DNA of 22,461 nt from a virus (taxonomy: Duplodnaviria; Heunggongvirae; Uroviricota; Caudoviricetes): the IMG/VR virus record IMGVR_UViG_2657245448_000004, one strand, 5' to 3'. The position numbers and the translations under genes are program-made. Below, piece by piece: positions 7,820 through 16,526 of this stretch. The notes beneath the pieces are model-generated. The model saw only the letters and a list, made by a program, of their open reading frames with translations, was not told where the DNA came from and searched no databases. The number at the start of each line of letters is the position of its first letter. Position 1 is the stretch's first letter.

Positions 7820-8110
7820 ATGTCAAAGATATTCCGCCAATGTATGCCTTACGGTATCCGCAAAACAGCTGAGGGGGCTTGGGAAGCATTCAACAGAGAC
7901 TACCAGCCCTTAGGGGAGGCTTTTTTCTTCAAAAGAGCACTAACGCAGGCCACTCGAGATGTGTTGGCGCCACCGCCGGTAACTCAGCGCGACGACTGTG
8001 TATGGCTGTATAGCGATATCGAGCACCCGATGCACTCTGAGGCTTACTGGAAAGCGTATTGCCAGCGGCTTAAACATCTTTCTAACCTCAAAATGAAAGA
8101 TGAACGGTAA
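7820..8110 (+). CDS. hypothetical protein upstream of the Q antiterminator
   Basis: 96-aa ORF with SD GAGGA at 7808..7812, in the position that Nin-region genes occupy in lambdoid phages. No recognisable motif. Confidence 0.55.
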   Translation: MSKIFRQCMPYGIRKTAEGAWEAFNRDYQPLGEAFFFKRALTQATRDVLAPPPVTQRDDCVWLYSDIEHPMHSEAYWKAYCQRLKHLSNLKMKDER

Positions 8111-8135
8111 GTAGCAAAACGTAGAGGTCAGAGCT

Positions 8136-8558
8136 ATGCGTGATATTCGACTGGTTTTAGAGCGATGGGGGGGCTGGGCTGCGAGCGAAGGTTGCAGTGT
8201 CTACTATCCACCTGTTTCCGCTGGATTTAAGAATCTGCTACCTGCAACGCAAGCCGGGCGGCTGAAGTGCAGTGACAATGACGGTCTGATCATCAGCTCT
8301 GCTATGAACTGCCTGAAGAAAAAAGATCCGTACCTGTGTACGCTCCTTGAGTGGCATTACATCCAGGCGATGCCTGTGAGGGCTATGGGTGTGAAGCTCG
8401 GCGTATCACACACTCAAGTTCTGAAGAGGCTCCAGGCTGCAGAGGGATTTATCGACGGCTGCCTGGCTATGCTGGACGTGGTTCTGGAAATGGATCAAGC
8501 AGTTCAGTCAAAGCCTAAGGCTATCAGGACTTTGCGAAGGAGCTGCCCGGCGGCATAA
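8136..8558 (+). CDS. Q: late-gene antiterminator, Q-like
   Basis: 140-aa ORF. N-terminus MRDIRLVLERWGGWAASEG and the QKAEGFIDGCLAMLDVVLEMD segment match my recollection of the prophage Q antiterminator family. It lies directly upstream of the lysis cassette with an intervening regulatory region. Confidence 0.75.
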   Translation: MRDIRLVLERWGGWAASEGCSVYYPPVSAGFKNLLPATQAGRLKCSDNDGLIISSAMNCLKKKDPYLCTLLEWHYIQAMPVRAMGVKLGVSHTQVLKRLQAAEGFIDGCLAMLDVVLEMDQAVQSKPKAIRTLRRSCPAA

Positions 8559-8609
8559 TATCCAGTAATCAATCACGTAAGGGAATCAGATGGTATTCAG
8601 GATTGCCGT

Positions 8610-8650
8610 AAACACCTGACGGCTTCAGGTATCAAGGTAAGATAAAAAAT
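8610..8650 (+). promoter_or_regulatory. candidate late promoter (PR'-like) downstream of Q; position tentative
   Basis: Weak sigma70-like elements: CTGACG (8615..8620), 17-bp spacer, TAAGAT (8638..8643). Placement is by synteny with Q-dependent late promoters; an alternative promoter between the two terminators cannot be excluded. Confidence 0.2.
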
Positions 8651-8711
8651 AGTTGTGGAATTCCAAAAAGCCGATTAGCCTGATATCTGTTGAAAACAGT
8701 TCATCACGAAG

Positions 8712-8739
8712 AGGCTTCCGCAAGGGGGCCTTTTTTATT
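8712..8739 (+). terminator. intrinsic terminator (tR'-like) downstream of Q
   Basis: 8-bp stem (aggcttcc / ggggcct, with two G-U pairs), GCAA tetraloop, followed by TTTTTTATT. Confidence 0.6.
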
Positions 8740-8966
8740 GCCCCATTCTGGGGAAAAGTTAATAAAACAGGGCTTTCGCTGCGAAAAAACGCTATGCAGT
8801 TTTTGCCCTTTTTTATGCACCTTTTATTCACTCGAATTTCGTCATTCTGGACCACTTAAGTTGATTAAATAGGCCTTTCATCGCAAATCTATTGCGAGCG
8901 GGGATCGTGTGGTTCCTATAACGTACATTATGTTAAATAACTTCCTTTTTTAACAAATTTAACAAG

Positions 8967-8990
8967 GTTCGCTATGGCGAACTTTTTTTG
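8967..8990 (+). terminator. second intrinsic terminator in the Q-holin intergenic region
   Basis: Perfect 6-bp stem GTTCGC / GCGAAC with loop tatg, followed by TTTTTTTGTATT. Confidence 0.55.
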
Positions 8991-9090
8991 TATTCAGGGC
9001 CCACCGAAGGACGGCTCATAACCCAATCCTACGGGCGTATACGCAGGGCCCGCCTTTCAACAACACCCCGTAATGGCGGAGGTGGGAAGT

Positions 9091-9432
9091 ATGAAAATGC
9101 ACAATGCTCCTCATTCCTGGCCTGACTTACTGGAACTCTTACAAAGTTGGTGGCGTGGAGATACGCCGTTGGGCGCAGTGGTTATGTCAATTGTTATGGC
9201 TGGCTTGCGCATTGCCTATTTTGGCGGTGGCGGCGGCTGGAAACGAAAAACGCTTGAGATTTTGCTCTGTGGTGCTCTGACGCTGACTTTTGCATCCGCT
9301 CTTGAGTATGTCGGATGGCCTAAATCGCTTTCTGTTGCCATTGGTGGTGGTGTTGGGCTGATCGGTGTCGATGCTATTCGTGGGGCTGCAATGCGAGTAA
9401 TCGGTAACAAGTTTGGTGGCTCTAAGGAGTAA
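9091..9432 (+). CDS. S: holin with lambda S-like dual-start (MKM) motif
   Basis: The ORF track starts at 9073, but a strong SD (GGAGG, 9078..9082) sits 8 nt ahead of the ATG at 9091. The product then begins MKMHNAPHSW, as lambda S begins MKMPEKHDLL (from memory), and has hydrophobic TM segments. It ends 3 nt before the endolysin gene. Confidence 0.8.
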   Translation: MKMHNAPHSWPDLLELLQSWWRGDTPLGAVVMSIVMAGLRIAYFGGGGGWKRKTLEILLCGALTLTFASALEYVGWPKSLSVAIGGGVGLIGVDAIRGAAMRVIGNKFGGSKE

Positions 9433-9435
9433 TTC

Positions 9436-9912
9436 ATGCAGACACTAAATTCCCAACGTAAAGCTTTCCTGGATATGGTGGCATGGTCAGAAGGAACGGA
9501 TAACGGGCGACAACCGACACGTAATCACGGTTATGACGTTATCGTCGGAGGTGAGTTGTTCACTGATTACTCCGATCACCCTCGCAAACTTGTCACGCTA
9601 AACCCGAAGCTTAAATCAACAGCCGCAGGCCGGTATCAGCTTCTTTCACGCTGGTGGGATGCCTACCGCAAGCAGCTTGGCCTGAAAGATTTTTCGCCAG
9701 AAAGTCAGGACGCTGTGGCGCTGCAGCAGATTAAAGAGCGTGGCGCTTTACCGATGATTGACCGTGGCGATATTCGTCAGGCAATCGACCGTTGCAGCAA
9801 TATCTGGGCGTCGTTACCTGGTGCAGGTTACGGTCAGTATGAACATAAAATCGGTGACCTGATTTCCAGGTTTAAAGATGCTGGTGGGGTGGTAAATGAA
9901 GCTGACTTATAA
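9436..9912 (+). CDS. R: endolysin, lambda R-like lytic transglycosylase
   Basis: 158 aa, same length as lambda R and near-identical over long stretches as I recall it (NSQRKAFLDM.AWSEGTDNGRQ.TRNHGYDVIVGGELFTDYSDHPRKLVTLNPKLKST.AGRYQLLSRWWDAYRKQLGLKDFSP). SD AAGGAG upstream. Confidence 0.95.
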   Translation: MQTLNSQRKAFLDMVAWSEGTDNGRQPTRNHGYDVIVGGELFTDYSDHPRKLVTLNPKLKSTAAGRYQLLSRWWDAYRKQLGLKDFSPESQDAVALQQIKERGALPMIDRGDIRQAIDRCSNIWASLPGAGYGQYEHKIGDLISRFKDAGGVVNEADL

Positions 9913-10420
9913 GATTGTCATCGCGGCATTTTTCTTCTCTGCCTTTGGGGCGCTCGTCTGGTCTGCAAACCATTACCACAGCAAGTATCAGGCAGAAAAG
10001 TTGCGGGCTGATAAAGCGGAAGGTGAAGCTGAATATCAAGGGAAAGTGATAGCTAATCAGGCATTAAACTTCAATCGTTTTAACCAGATAGCAGAAAACG
10101 CAAGCCGATTAAATTCTCTGGTCGACATCGGTCACGAGAAGACAGTCATCAAATACCGTGAGGTTCTGCTCCGTGAAAAGAACTGTGATTTCCCTGTTCC
10201 TGCTGATATTGCTGTCGGGTTGCTCAACTACGCGAACCGTTTACGCGCCAGCGCATTGCACGCCGATTCCGGGTACATTGACCCAGCCGGTGATCGTGCC
10301 ACTACCACCAGAACGTTGACATATTGCCAGGCTGTTCTGTGGATTAACCCATTGTTGGCAGCCATCGAGAAGGCGAATAACCAGTTGGCTGGTGTCCGAC
10401 AAATAGAACAGTCCCGGTAA
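9896..10420 (+). CDS. Rz: Rz-like inner-membrane spanin (i-spanin)
   Basis: 174-aa ORF overlapping the endolysin 3' end by 17 nt. N-terminal TM helix (IVIAAFFFSAFGALVW) followed by a charged, coiled-coil-like periplasmic domain; contains an embedded +1-frame lipoprotein gene. Confidence 0.75.
   Translation: MKLTYKIVIAAFFFSAFGALVWSANHYHSKYQAEKLRADKAEGEAEYQGKVIANQALNFNRFNQIAENASRLNSLVDIGHEKTVIKYREVLLREKNCDFPVPADIAVGLLNYANRLRASALHADSGYIDPAGDRATTTRTLTYCQAVLWINPLLAAIEKANNQLAGVRQIEQSR
10173..10319 (+). CDS. Rz1: Rz1-like outer-membrane lipoprotein spanin (o-spanin), embedded in Rz in the +1 frame, GTG start
   Basis: Hand translation of the +1 frame inside Rz: (M)KRTVISLFLLILLSGCSTTRTVYAPAHCTPIPGTLTQPVIVPLPPER. 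Lipobox LLSGC, proline-rich mature part, SD GAGG (10160..10163) 9 nt before the GTG. Absent from the ORF track (48 aa). Confidence 0.7.
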   Translation: MKRTVISLFLLILLSGCSTTRTVYAPAHCTPIPGTLTQPVIVPLPPER

Positions 10421-10481
10421 TAGCATTACAGAAGCTCTTCCAGGAGGGGCTTCGATAATGACCTGATAACTGGAAAATAAA

Positions 10482-11054
10482 ATGACTAAGAAGCTGAAAG
10501 CAAAACACGAGGTGTTTTGTCGCGAGTTTCTTGTCGATCTGAATGCTACACAAGCAGCTATTCGCGCAGGCTACGTCTCCAGGCGAGCACATGTTACGGG
10601 GGCTGAACTATACGGTAAACCTGAGATACGCGCCCGTATTAACGAGCTAAAGCAGGAGCGTATTGATCAACTGGGCATTGATGCGAATTATGTGCTGATG
10701 CGACTGGTTGAGATCGACAGGCTCGATGTGGCTGACATCCTAGAGGACGATTTAAGTATTAAGCCTCTGTCTGCGTGGCCGGAATCGTGGCGTCGGTACC
10801 TGAGTGGATTTAACCTCGCTGAAATGTTTGAGGGGCGAGGAGATGACAGAGAAATGGTCGGGATCCTTAAAAAGATTAAGTGGCCTGATAAGGTTAAAAA
10901 CCTTGAGTTGCTTGGGCGTCATGTTTCTGTTCAGGCGTTTAAAGACAACGTCAAAAATGAAGTGACTGGCGCTGATGGAGGACCAGTCAGAACAGAAATT
11001 ACCAACTTAACGCCGGAGCAGGCTGCAGAGGCGTATAGAAAAATGATGGGCTAA
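10482..11054 (+). CDS. terminase small subunit
   Basis: 190-aa ORF immediately upstream of the large terminase. N-terminal motif [20 protein letters not shown] resembles the small-terminase family as I recall it. Confidence 0.75.
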   Translation: MTKKLKAKHEVFCREFLVDLNATQAAIRAGYVSRRAHVTGAELYGKPEIRARINELKQERIDQLGIDANYVLMRLVEIDRLDVADILEDDLSIKPLSAWPESWRRYLSGFNLAEMFEGRGDDREMVGILKKIKWPDKVKNLELLGRHVSVQAFKDNVKNEVTGADGGPVRTEITNLTPEQAAEAYRKMMG

Positions 11055-11056
11055 GT

Positions 11057-12679
11057 ATGCCGTTACCATTCCCCTTCGATTTTAAACATCCTGATTACCA
11101 GATGGTTTTTGAATGGCGGATGGAACGCCTACAGCGCATTCGCCAGAATCCTGAAATATTGCCTGCACTAAAACAGTTTTACCGAACCAATCCGGCTCAG
11201 TTCATCATCGACTGGGGCATGACAACGGACCCGCGTAATATTGATTATGGCCTGCCGGTGACCATTCCGTTTTTACTCTTCCCTAAGCAGGAGGAGTGGA
11301 TCCACTGGATTATGGAACGCTGGGGCAATCGGGAGAATGGTATTACCGAAAAATCCCGTGAAATGGGGCTCAGTTGGACCGCGATCGGACTGGCATGTTC
11401 GCTTTGTCTCTTCAACAAAGAAATGGTTATCGGTTTCGGCTCCCGTAAAGAGGAATACGTCGACAGCACCGGTGACCCGAAAGCATTGTTCTGGAAGGCG
11501 CGCAAGTTCGTGGAAACACTGCCTGTAGAGTTTCGCGGTTCGTGGAGCGAGAAGAAGCACGCGCCATATATGCGTGTTGAGTTTCCTGAAACTGGTGCCG
11601 TTATCAAAGGCGAGGCTGGCGATAATATTGGTCGTGGTGACCGTACCACGCTTTATCTGGTTGATGAGGCTGCATTCCTTCAGCGTCCTCTGCTGATTGA
11701 TGCGGCGTTGTCACAAACGACGCGTTGCCGTATCGACCTGAGTTCAGTTAACGGCATGGCTAACCCGTTCGCTCAGAAGCGTCATGGCGGGAAGATACCG
11801 GTATTCACATTCCACTGGCGGGATGATCCTCGCAAGGATGAAGAGTGGTATCGCAGGGAATGCGAGAAAATCGATAATCCGGTGGTGGTGGCACAGGAAC
11901 TTGATCTGAACTACAGCGCATCAGCGGAAGGCGTCCTGATTCCATCCGAATGGGTACAGGCTGCCGTTGATGCGCATATCAAACTGGGTATCCAGCCAAC
12001 AGGCAAACGACTTGGCGCGATGGATGTCGCCGACGAAGGCAGGGACAAAAATGCCTTTTCCACCCGTCATGGCTTCCTCCTGGAAAATGTGCGGGAATGG
12101 TCCGGTGTGGGCAGCGACATTTATCAGTCCGTCAAGAAGGTTTTCGGCTTTTGCGAACAGGACAACCTCGAAGAGTTTCGCTTTGACGAGGACGGGCTGG
12201 GCGCTGGCGTTCGCGGCGATGCACGCGCTATCAACGAACTGCGTAACGCTGCGCGTCGACCGTCAATACTTGCCACACCGTTTCGAGGTAGTGGCGCGGT
12301 ATTTGATCCGGATGATGAAGCTGTTCGCGGGGACAACGGGCAAGCCGCACGTCTGAACAAGGACTTCTTCGCTAACGCCAAAGCCCAGAGCTGGTGGCGG
12401 TTACGTAAACTTTTTCAGAATACCTGGCGCGCCGTGGTTGAAGGTATGGCTTACAACCCGGACGAAATCATCTCAATCAGCAGTAGCATGGCACTCAAAG
12501 ATAAACTCATCATCGAGCTTTCGCAGCCGACCTATTCCATTAATGGTGTGGGAAAAATAGTTATTGATAAACAGCCTGATGGAACCCGATCGCCAAACCT
12601 TGCCGACTCGGTGATGATCAACTATGCCCCAATGAATTCAGCCCTGAACATCTGGGAGCTGCTAGGGAGACAGGCCTGA
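11057..12679 (+). CDS. terminase large subunit
   Basis: 540-aa ORF between the small terminase and the portal, with start and stop tightly coupled to both neighbours. Size and position are typical; no specific motif verified. Confidence 0.75.
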   Translation: MPLPFPFDFKHPDYQMVFEWRMERLQRIRQNPEILPALKQFYRTNPAQFIIDWGMTTDPRNIDYGLPVTIPFLLFPKQEEWIHWIMERWGNRENGITEKSREMGLSWTAIGLACSLCLFNKEMVIGFGSRKEEYVDSTGDPKALFWKARKFVETLPVEFRGSWSEKKHAPYMRVEFPETGAVIKGEAGDNIGRGDRTTLYLVDEAAFLQRPLLIDAALSQTTRCRIDLSSVNGMANPFAQKRHGGKIPVFTFHWRDDPRKDEEWYRRECEKIDNPVVVAQELDLNYSASAEGVLIPSEWVQAAVDAHIKLGIQPTGKRLGAMDVADEGRDKNAFSTRHGFLLENVREWSGVGSDIYQSVKKVFGFCEQDNLEEFRFDEDGLGAGVRGDARAINELRNAARRPSILATPFRGSGAVFDPDDEAVRGDNGQAARLNKDFFANAKAQSWWRLRKLFQNTWRAVVEGMAYNPDEIISISSSMALKDKLIIELSQPTYSINGVGKIVIDKQPDGTRSPNLADSVMINYAPMNSALNIWELLGRQA

Positions 12680-14145
12680 TGGCACGAAACAAACAAGCCC
12701 TGCGGCGAACTGCGCAGGCCACAGCTGATGGTTATGAGAATTTTATTGCCCGCGTAGGGATGCAGACACCTAACCAGCACTCAGCATCCACCTACCGGGC
12801 TAATTTCACCAGTCGTAACCGCATGCTGGTGGAATGGTCCTATCGTTCGTCCTGGATCATCGGCGAAGCAGTCGATGCTATCCCGGATGATATGACCCGC
12901 AAAGGCATTCGCATCACTTCGGAAATTGATGCAAAAGATCGTGGCATTCTCGAATCACAACTGGATGAGTTGCAAATCTGGGATGCGCTGAATGACGTGC
13001 TGAAATGGTCGCGCCTCTACGGCGGCGCGGTGGGTTTCATCATGATTGAGGGGCAGGCACCAATGACCCCGCTGCGACCCGAAACCATCGGTAAGGGCAA
13101 GTTTAAGGGAATTCTCCCGCTCGACCGCTGGATGATTGACCCGGTACTGACCCGCCGCATTAAAGATATGGGGCCGGACCTGGGTAAACCTGAGTTTTAC
13201 GATGTGGTGACCACAGCAACGGGAATTCCTGCCTGGCGCATTCATCACAGTCGACTGATTCGCTTTGATGGCGTCACGCTGCCATTTCAGCAGAAGATGA
13301 CCGAGAACGAATGGGGAATGTCGGTTGTAGAGCGTATCTGGGATCGTCTTACCGCGTTCGACAGCGCTACTGTCGGCGCGGCGCAGCTGGTCTACAAAGC
13401 GCATTTGCGTACCTACAGCGTGGAGAAGCTACGCGAGCTTATCGCACTTGGTGGTCCTGCGTATGAAGCGTTGCTGAAGAATATTGACCTGATTCGACAG
13501 TTCCAGAGCAATGAAGGCATGACTCTCATGGACTCGCGGGATAAGTTTGAAACCCATCAGTACAGCTTCAGTGGTCTGGATGACATCCTTTCACAGTTTG
13601 CAGAACAGATTAGTGGCGCTGTTGGTATCCCACTGGTGCGGTTGTTCGGACAGTCCCCGAAGGGATTTTCTACCGGCGATGCAGACCTTGCCAACTATTA
13701 CGACCGGGTAAGCTCGTTGCAGGAGAGGCGTTTACGTCTTCCGGTGCGGCGGATACTGGACATCATGCATCGTTCGGAACTTGGCAAGCCGCTGCCGGAC
13801 GATTTCACGTTTGAGTTTAACCCGCTCTGGCAAATGTCTGATGTCGATCGCTCAACGGTGGCGTTAAACACTACCAACGCAATCAGTACAGCGCTGGGTG
13901 ATGGTCTGATGACACTGAAAGCCGCTATGACTGATTTGCGAGAAAATTCTGACGTAACCGGCATCGGGGCATCCATTACCGACGAGGACATCGAGAATGC
14001 CGAAGATGAAGCGCCGCCCGGCATCGGCGAACCTGATGACGAACCGCAGGAACCGTCAGGCGGAAATCCGGTATCGAACCAGCCTACGCAGGATAGCGCG
14101 GGCGGTCGGGGACATCGTAAATGGTCACTACGATGGTTCAAATGA
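12679..14145 (+). CDS. portal protein
   Basis: 488-aa ORF whose ATG overlaps the terminase stop (TGATG). Position and size fit a portal; acidic C-terminal tail. Confidence 0.7.
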   Translation: MARNKQALRRTAQATADGYENFIARVGMQTPNQHSASTYRANFTSRNRMLVEWSYRSSWIIGEAVDAIPDDMTRKGIRITSEIDAKDRGILESQLDELQIWDALNDVLKWSRLYGGAVGFIMIEGQAPMTPLRPETIGKGKFKGILPLDRWMIDPVLTRRIKDMGPDLGKPEFYDVVTTATGIPAWRIHHSRLIRFDGVTLPFQQKMTENEWGMSVVERIWDRLTAFDSATVGAAQLVYKAHLRTYSVEKLRELIALGGPAYEALLKNIDLIRQFQSNEGMTLMDSRDKFETHQYSFSGLDDILSQFAEQISGAVGIPLVRLFGQSPKGFSTGDADLANYYDRVSSLQERRLRLPVRRILDIMHRSELGKPLPDDFTFEFNPLWQMSDVDRSTVALNTTNAISTALGDGLMTLKAAMTDLRENSDVTGIGASITDEDIENAEDEAPPGIGEPDDEPQEPSGGNPVSNQPTQDSAGGRGHRKWSLRWFK

Positions 14146-14770
14146 CAGTATCACGGAAATTATTGAGGCGCTGGAGCGCTACAGTGAAATCATCACCCCC
14201 TGGGCGACAAAGGTCGCGGAAAACTTTACCGCCGATATTGTGCGCAAGAATGATGAGCAGTGGCGTAAACACAGCAAAACCATCAGCCGTGAGCTACGCA
14301 ATCTGGTAAACAGTGCCCCGCCAGGGCAGGTGATGAAATCCATCGTTGCTGAACAGGTTAAGTACATTAAATCGCTACCCCTCGAGGCGGCTGACAGGGT
14401 GTACGACATCCAGAATCGGGCGATTGAAGCTGTTGTGACCGGTGGGAGAGCGGAACATTTTGCTAAAGAAATAGCCGCATCGGGTGATATAGCAAAGTCC
14501 AGAGCTGACCTGATTGCCCGTACTGAACTTGGACGTGCAACCGGCGCGCTGGATCAGGCGCGTGCGCTGGCAATTGGTTCGAATGGTTATATCTGGCGTA
14601 CAGCCGAAGATGGTGACGTCAGGCATTCTCATCGGGAAATGGAAGGTAAATTTGTCGAATGGGGCAAACCTCCAACGCTTGATGGCATGACCGGTCACGC
14701 TGGCGAGCTCCCGAATTGCCGCTGTTATAAAGAAATCGTTTTTCCCACCTCCCATTCTTATCCCGCCTGA
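13997..14770 (+). CDS. head morphogenesis protein (Mu F / SPP1 gp7-like); start uncertain
   Basis: The C-terminal region (LIARTELGRATGALDQA ... WRTAEDGDVRHSHREMEGKFVEWG) resembles the MuF-like domain. The ORF as drawn overlaps the portal 3' end by 149 nt, so the true start may lie further downstream. Confidence 0.65.
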   Translation: MPKMKRRPASANLMTNRRNRQAEIRYRTSLRRIARAVGDIVNGHYDGSNDSITEIIEALERYSEIITPWATKVAENFTADIVRKNDEQWRKHSKTISRELRNLVNSAPPGQVMKSIVAEQVKYIKSLPLEAADRVYDIQNRAIEAVVTGGRAEHFAKEIAASGDIAKSRADLIARTELGRATGALDQARALAIGSNGYIWRTAEDGDVRHSHREMEGKFVEWGKPPTLDGMTGHAGELPNCRCYKEIVFPTSHSYPA

Positions 14771-14784
14771 ATCGCAGGTAACAC

Positions 14785-16005
14785 ATGAAATATTTTTTCA
14801 ATACCCGGCTGGGGGAAACCCGCTATCAGCTGGCTGACGGCTCGTTGCTGTGCAAAGACGTGCCGATAGGACGAACAGGTAAGCAGCTCTATGGTGCTGA
14901 TGACCTGCCAAAACTGAAACCCGATAAGTTCGGTGAAATAGTCGTCACGCGTTCTCCTGAGCAGGTATTCCATCCGGCCACGCTCGCCTCATTCGAAGGG
15001 ATGAGCATCACGATCCTGCATCCTGAAGATGAAAACGGGAATGTGCGGCTGGTAAATCCCGAGAACTGGAAAGAGCTTGCTGTCGGGCACCTCCAGAATG
15101 TCCGGCGCGGGACGGGTGAGCAGTCTGATTTGATGCTGGCTGACCTTATCGTCAAAGACGAAAACGCCATTCAGCTTATCGAAGATGGCCTGCGAGAAGT
15201 GTCGTGCGGCTATGACGCGGAGTACGAGCAGACCGAGCCAGGTAAAGCCGGGCAGGTCGATATTACCGGAAACCATGTGGCTCTTGTCCCCAAAGGCAGA
15301 GCCGGAAATCGTTGTGCAATTGGAGACAGAGACACAATGGCAAATCAAAAGAAAAACTGGTGGAACCGCATGCGTGCAGCCATCAAGACAGGAGATGCCG
15401 ACACCATGAACGAACTGGTGGAGTCGGCTCCCGCATCGGTTACAGGAGATGAGGGGGATTTGCCGCAGGGCGTTAATCTCAACATCAACCTGTCCCCGCA
15501 GCAACCACTACCGGACAAAGCACCAGAGATGGGTGGAGGTCCAACCGGCGACAGTGATGATGACCTCAAAACATTACTGAAAGCCCTGCTGGCTAAGCTG
15601 GAAGGAAATGCCACGGGCGATAACGATAATAAGCCTGACGATAATCCGACCGGTGACGGCGAGGACGATGAAGAGGAAACCACGATTACTGGTGACTCAG
15701 CCTGGCGTGCCGAAGTTATCGTTCCGGGTATCGATCTGAGCCGTAAGATGAAACCGACCGAGTTCAAACGCGAGGTTCTGGCTTCCGCAGATAAAACGCT
15801 GGTTCGCCAGATTGTCGGTGATGCGGATATCCGCAAATTGCCGAAACAATCGGTCGACATGGCGTTTAATGCCGTGTCTGAGATTGCCAAAGGGCGAAAC
15901 ACCCGCGCCACCACCGGCGATGCACAGCGCCTAAACATGGGCATGACCAGTATCGCTTCCCTGAACAAACAAAACGCTGAATTCTGGGCAAACCGTAAAG
16001 GGTAA
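14785..16005 (+). CDS. putative prohead scaffold/protease-like protein
   Basis: 406-aa ORF between the MuF-like and capsid genes, with an acidic, low-complexity central region (GDSDDD, DNDNKPDDNPTGDGEDDEEE) typical of scaffolds. The family label (DUF2213-like) is from memory. Confidence 0.5.
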   Translation: MKYFFNTRLGETRYQLADGSLLCKDVPIGRTGKQLYGADDLPKLKPDKFGEIVVTRSPEQVFHPATLASFEGMSITILHPEDENGNVRLVNPENWKELAVGHLQNVRRGTGEQSDLMLADLIVKDENAIQLIEDGLREVSCGYDAEYEQTEPGKAGQVDITGNHVALVPKGRAGNRCAIGDRDTMANQKKNWWNRMRAAIKTGDADTMNELVESAPASVTGDEGDLPQGVNLNINLSPQQPLPDKAPEMGGGPTGDSDDDLKTLLKALLAKLEGNATGDNDNKPDDNPTGDGEDDEEETTITGDSAWRAEVIVPGIDLSRKMKPTEFKREVLASADKTLVRQIVGDADIRKLPKQSVDMAFNAVSEIAKGRNTRATTGDAQRLNMGMTSIASLNKQNAEFWANRKG

Positions 16006-16008
16006 AAA

Positions 16009-16515
16009 ATGAATAATGTATTTCTGTACCGGATGCCTGTTGGCATTGCCGGGGCTGTCTCTCGCCCGCAGGACTTAACCGTCGAACCGGTGGTCCTTAA
16101 ATCCGATAACGCCTTCGCTGCCTATGGCCTGGCTGGTAAATACGATGATGACGGTTTTTTCGTGCCGCTGGCAGATGGTGATACCGCAGACAAGGTAAAG
16201 GGGATCTACGTGCGCCCTTATCCGACCACGTCGCAGCCGGACATGGTTCGCCAGGTGGGAACAGGCAAGAACTTCCCGGGCGACGCCATGAAGCGTGGCT
16301 ACGTGACTGTTAATCTCGGTTCTGATTTTGATGCCAGCACCATCAAAAAAGGCGACCCGGTATACGTTGTCGTCTCCACTGATGAATCCATCAAAGTGCC
16401 GCTGGGGGGATTCATGTCCACGTCAGTCAGTGGCAAAAATGTGGTGCTGACCAACGCTGAATTCACAGGTGCCGGTGATGCTGACGGCAATGCAGAAATT
16501 TCCTGGAAGATTTAA
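16009..16515 (+). CDS. putative head decoration/cement-like protein
   Basis: 168-aa ORF starting 4 nt after the scaffold-like gene and directly upstream of the major capsid gene. Function is assigned by position only. Confidence 0.45.
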   Translation: MNNVFLYRMPVGIAGAVSRPQDLTVEPVVLKSDNAFAAYGLAGKYDDDGFFVPLADGDTADKVKGIYVRPYPTTSQPDMVRQVGTGKNFPGDAMKRGYVTVNLGSDFDASTIKKGDPVYVVVSTDESIKVPLGGFMSTSVSGKNVVLTNAEFTGAGDADGNAEISWKI

Positions 16516-16526
16516 GGAACAGACGA

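Noticed and set aside
8625-8872. Three small ORFs (60 to 76 aa, both strands) in the Q-holin intergenic region
   Set aside because: They overlap one another and the terminator hairpins and lack SD sequences. The region is better explained as late regulatory sequence.
9073-9090. The ORF-track holin start at 9073 (MAEVGS extension)
   Set aside because: No SD precedes it, while a strong GGAGG is correctly spaced for the ATG at 9091.
11245-13404. Antisense and alternative-frame ORFs inside the terminase and portal genes (for example 11245..11649 minus, 12124..12381 minus, 12955..13404 minus)
   Set aside because: Embedded in long coding frames of an operon with tightly coupled starts and stops; compositions are Ser/Arg/Pro-rich and consistent with chance frames.
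14889-16046. Minus-strand ORFs (93 to 233 aa) antisense to the scaffold-like gene
   Set aside because: Antisense to a gene whose start and stop are tightly coupled to its neighbours. The long Ser-rich antisense frame is explained by the acidic, GA-rich sense sequence.
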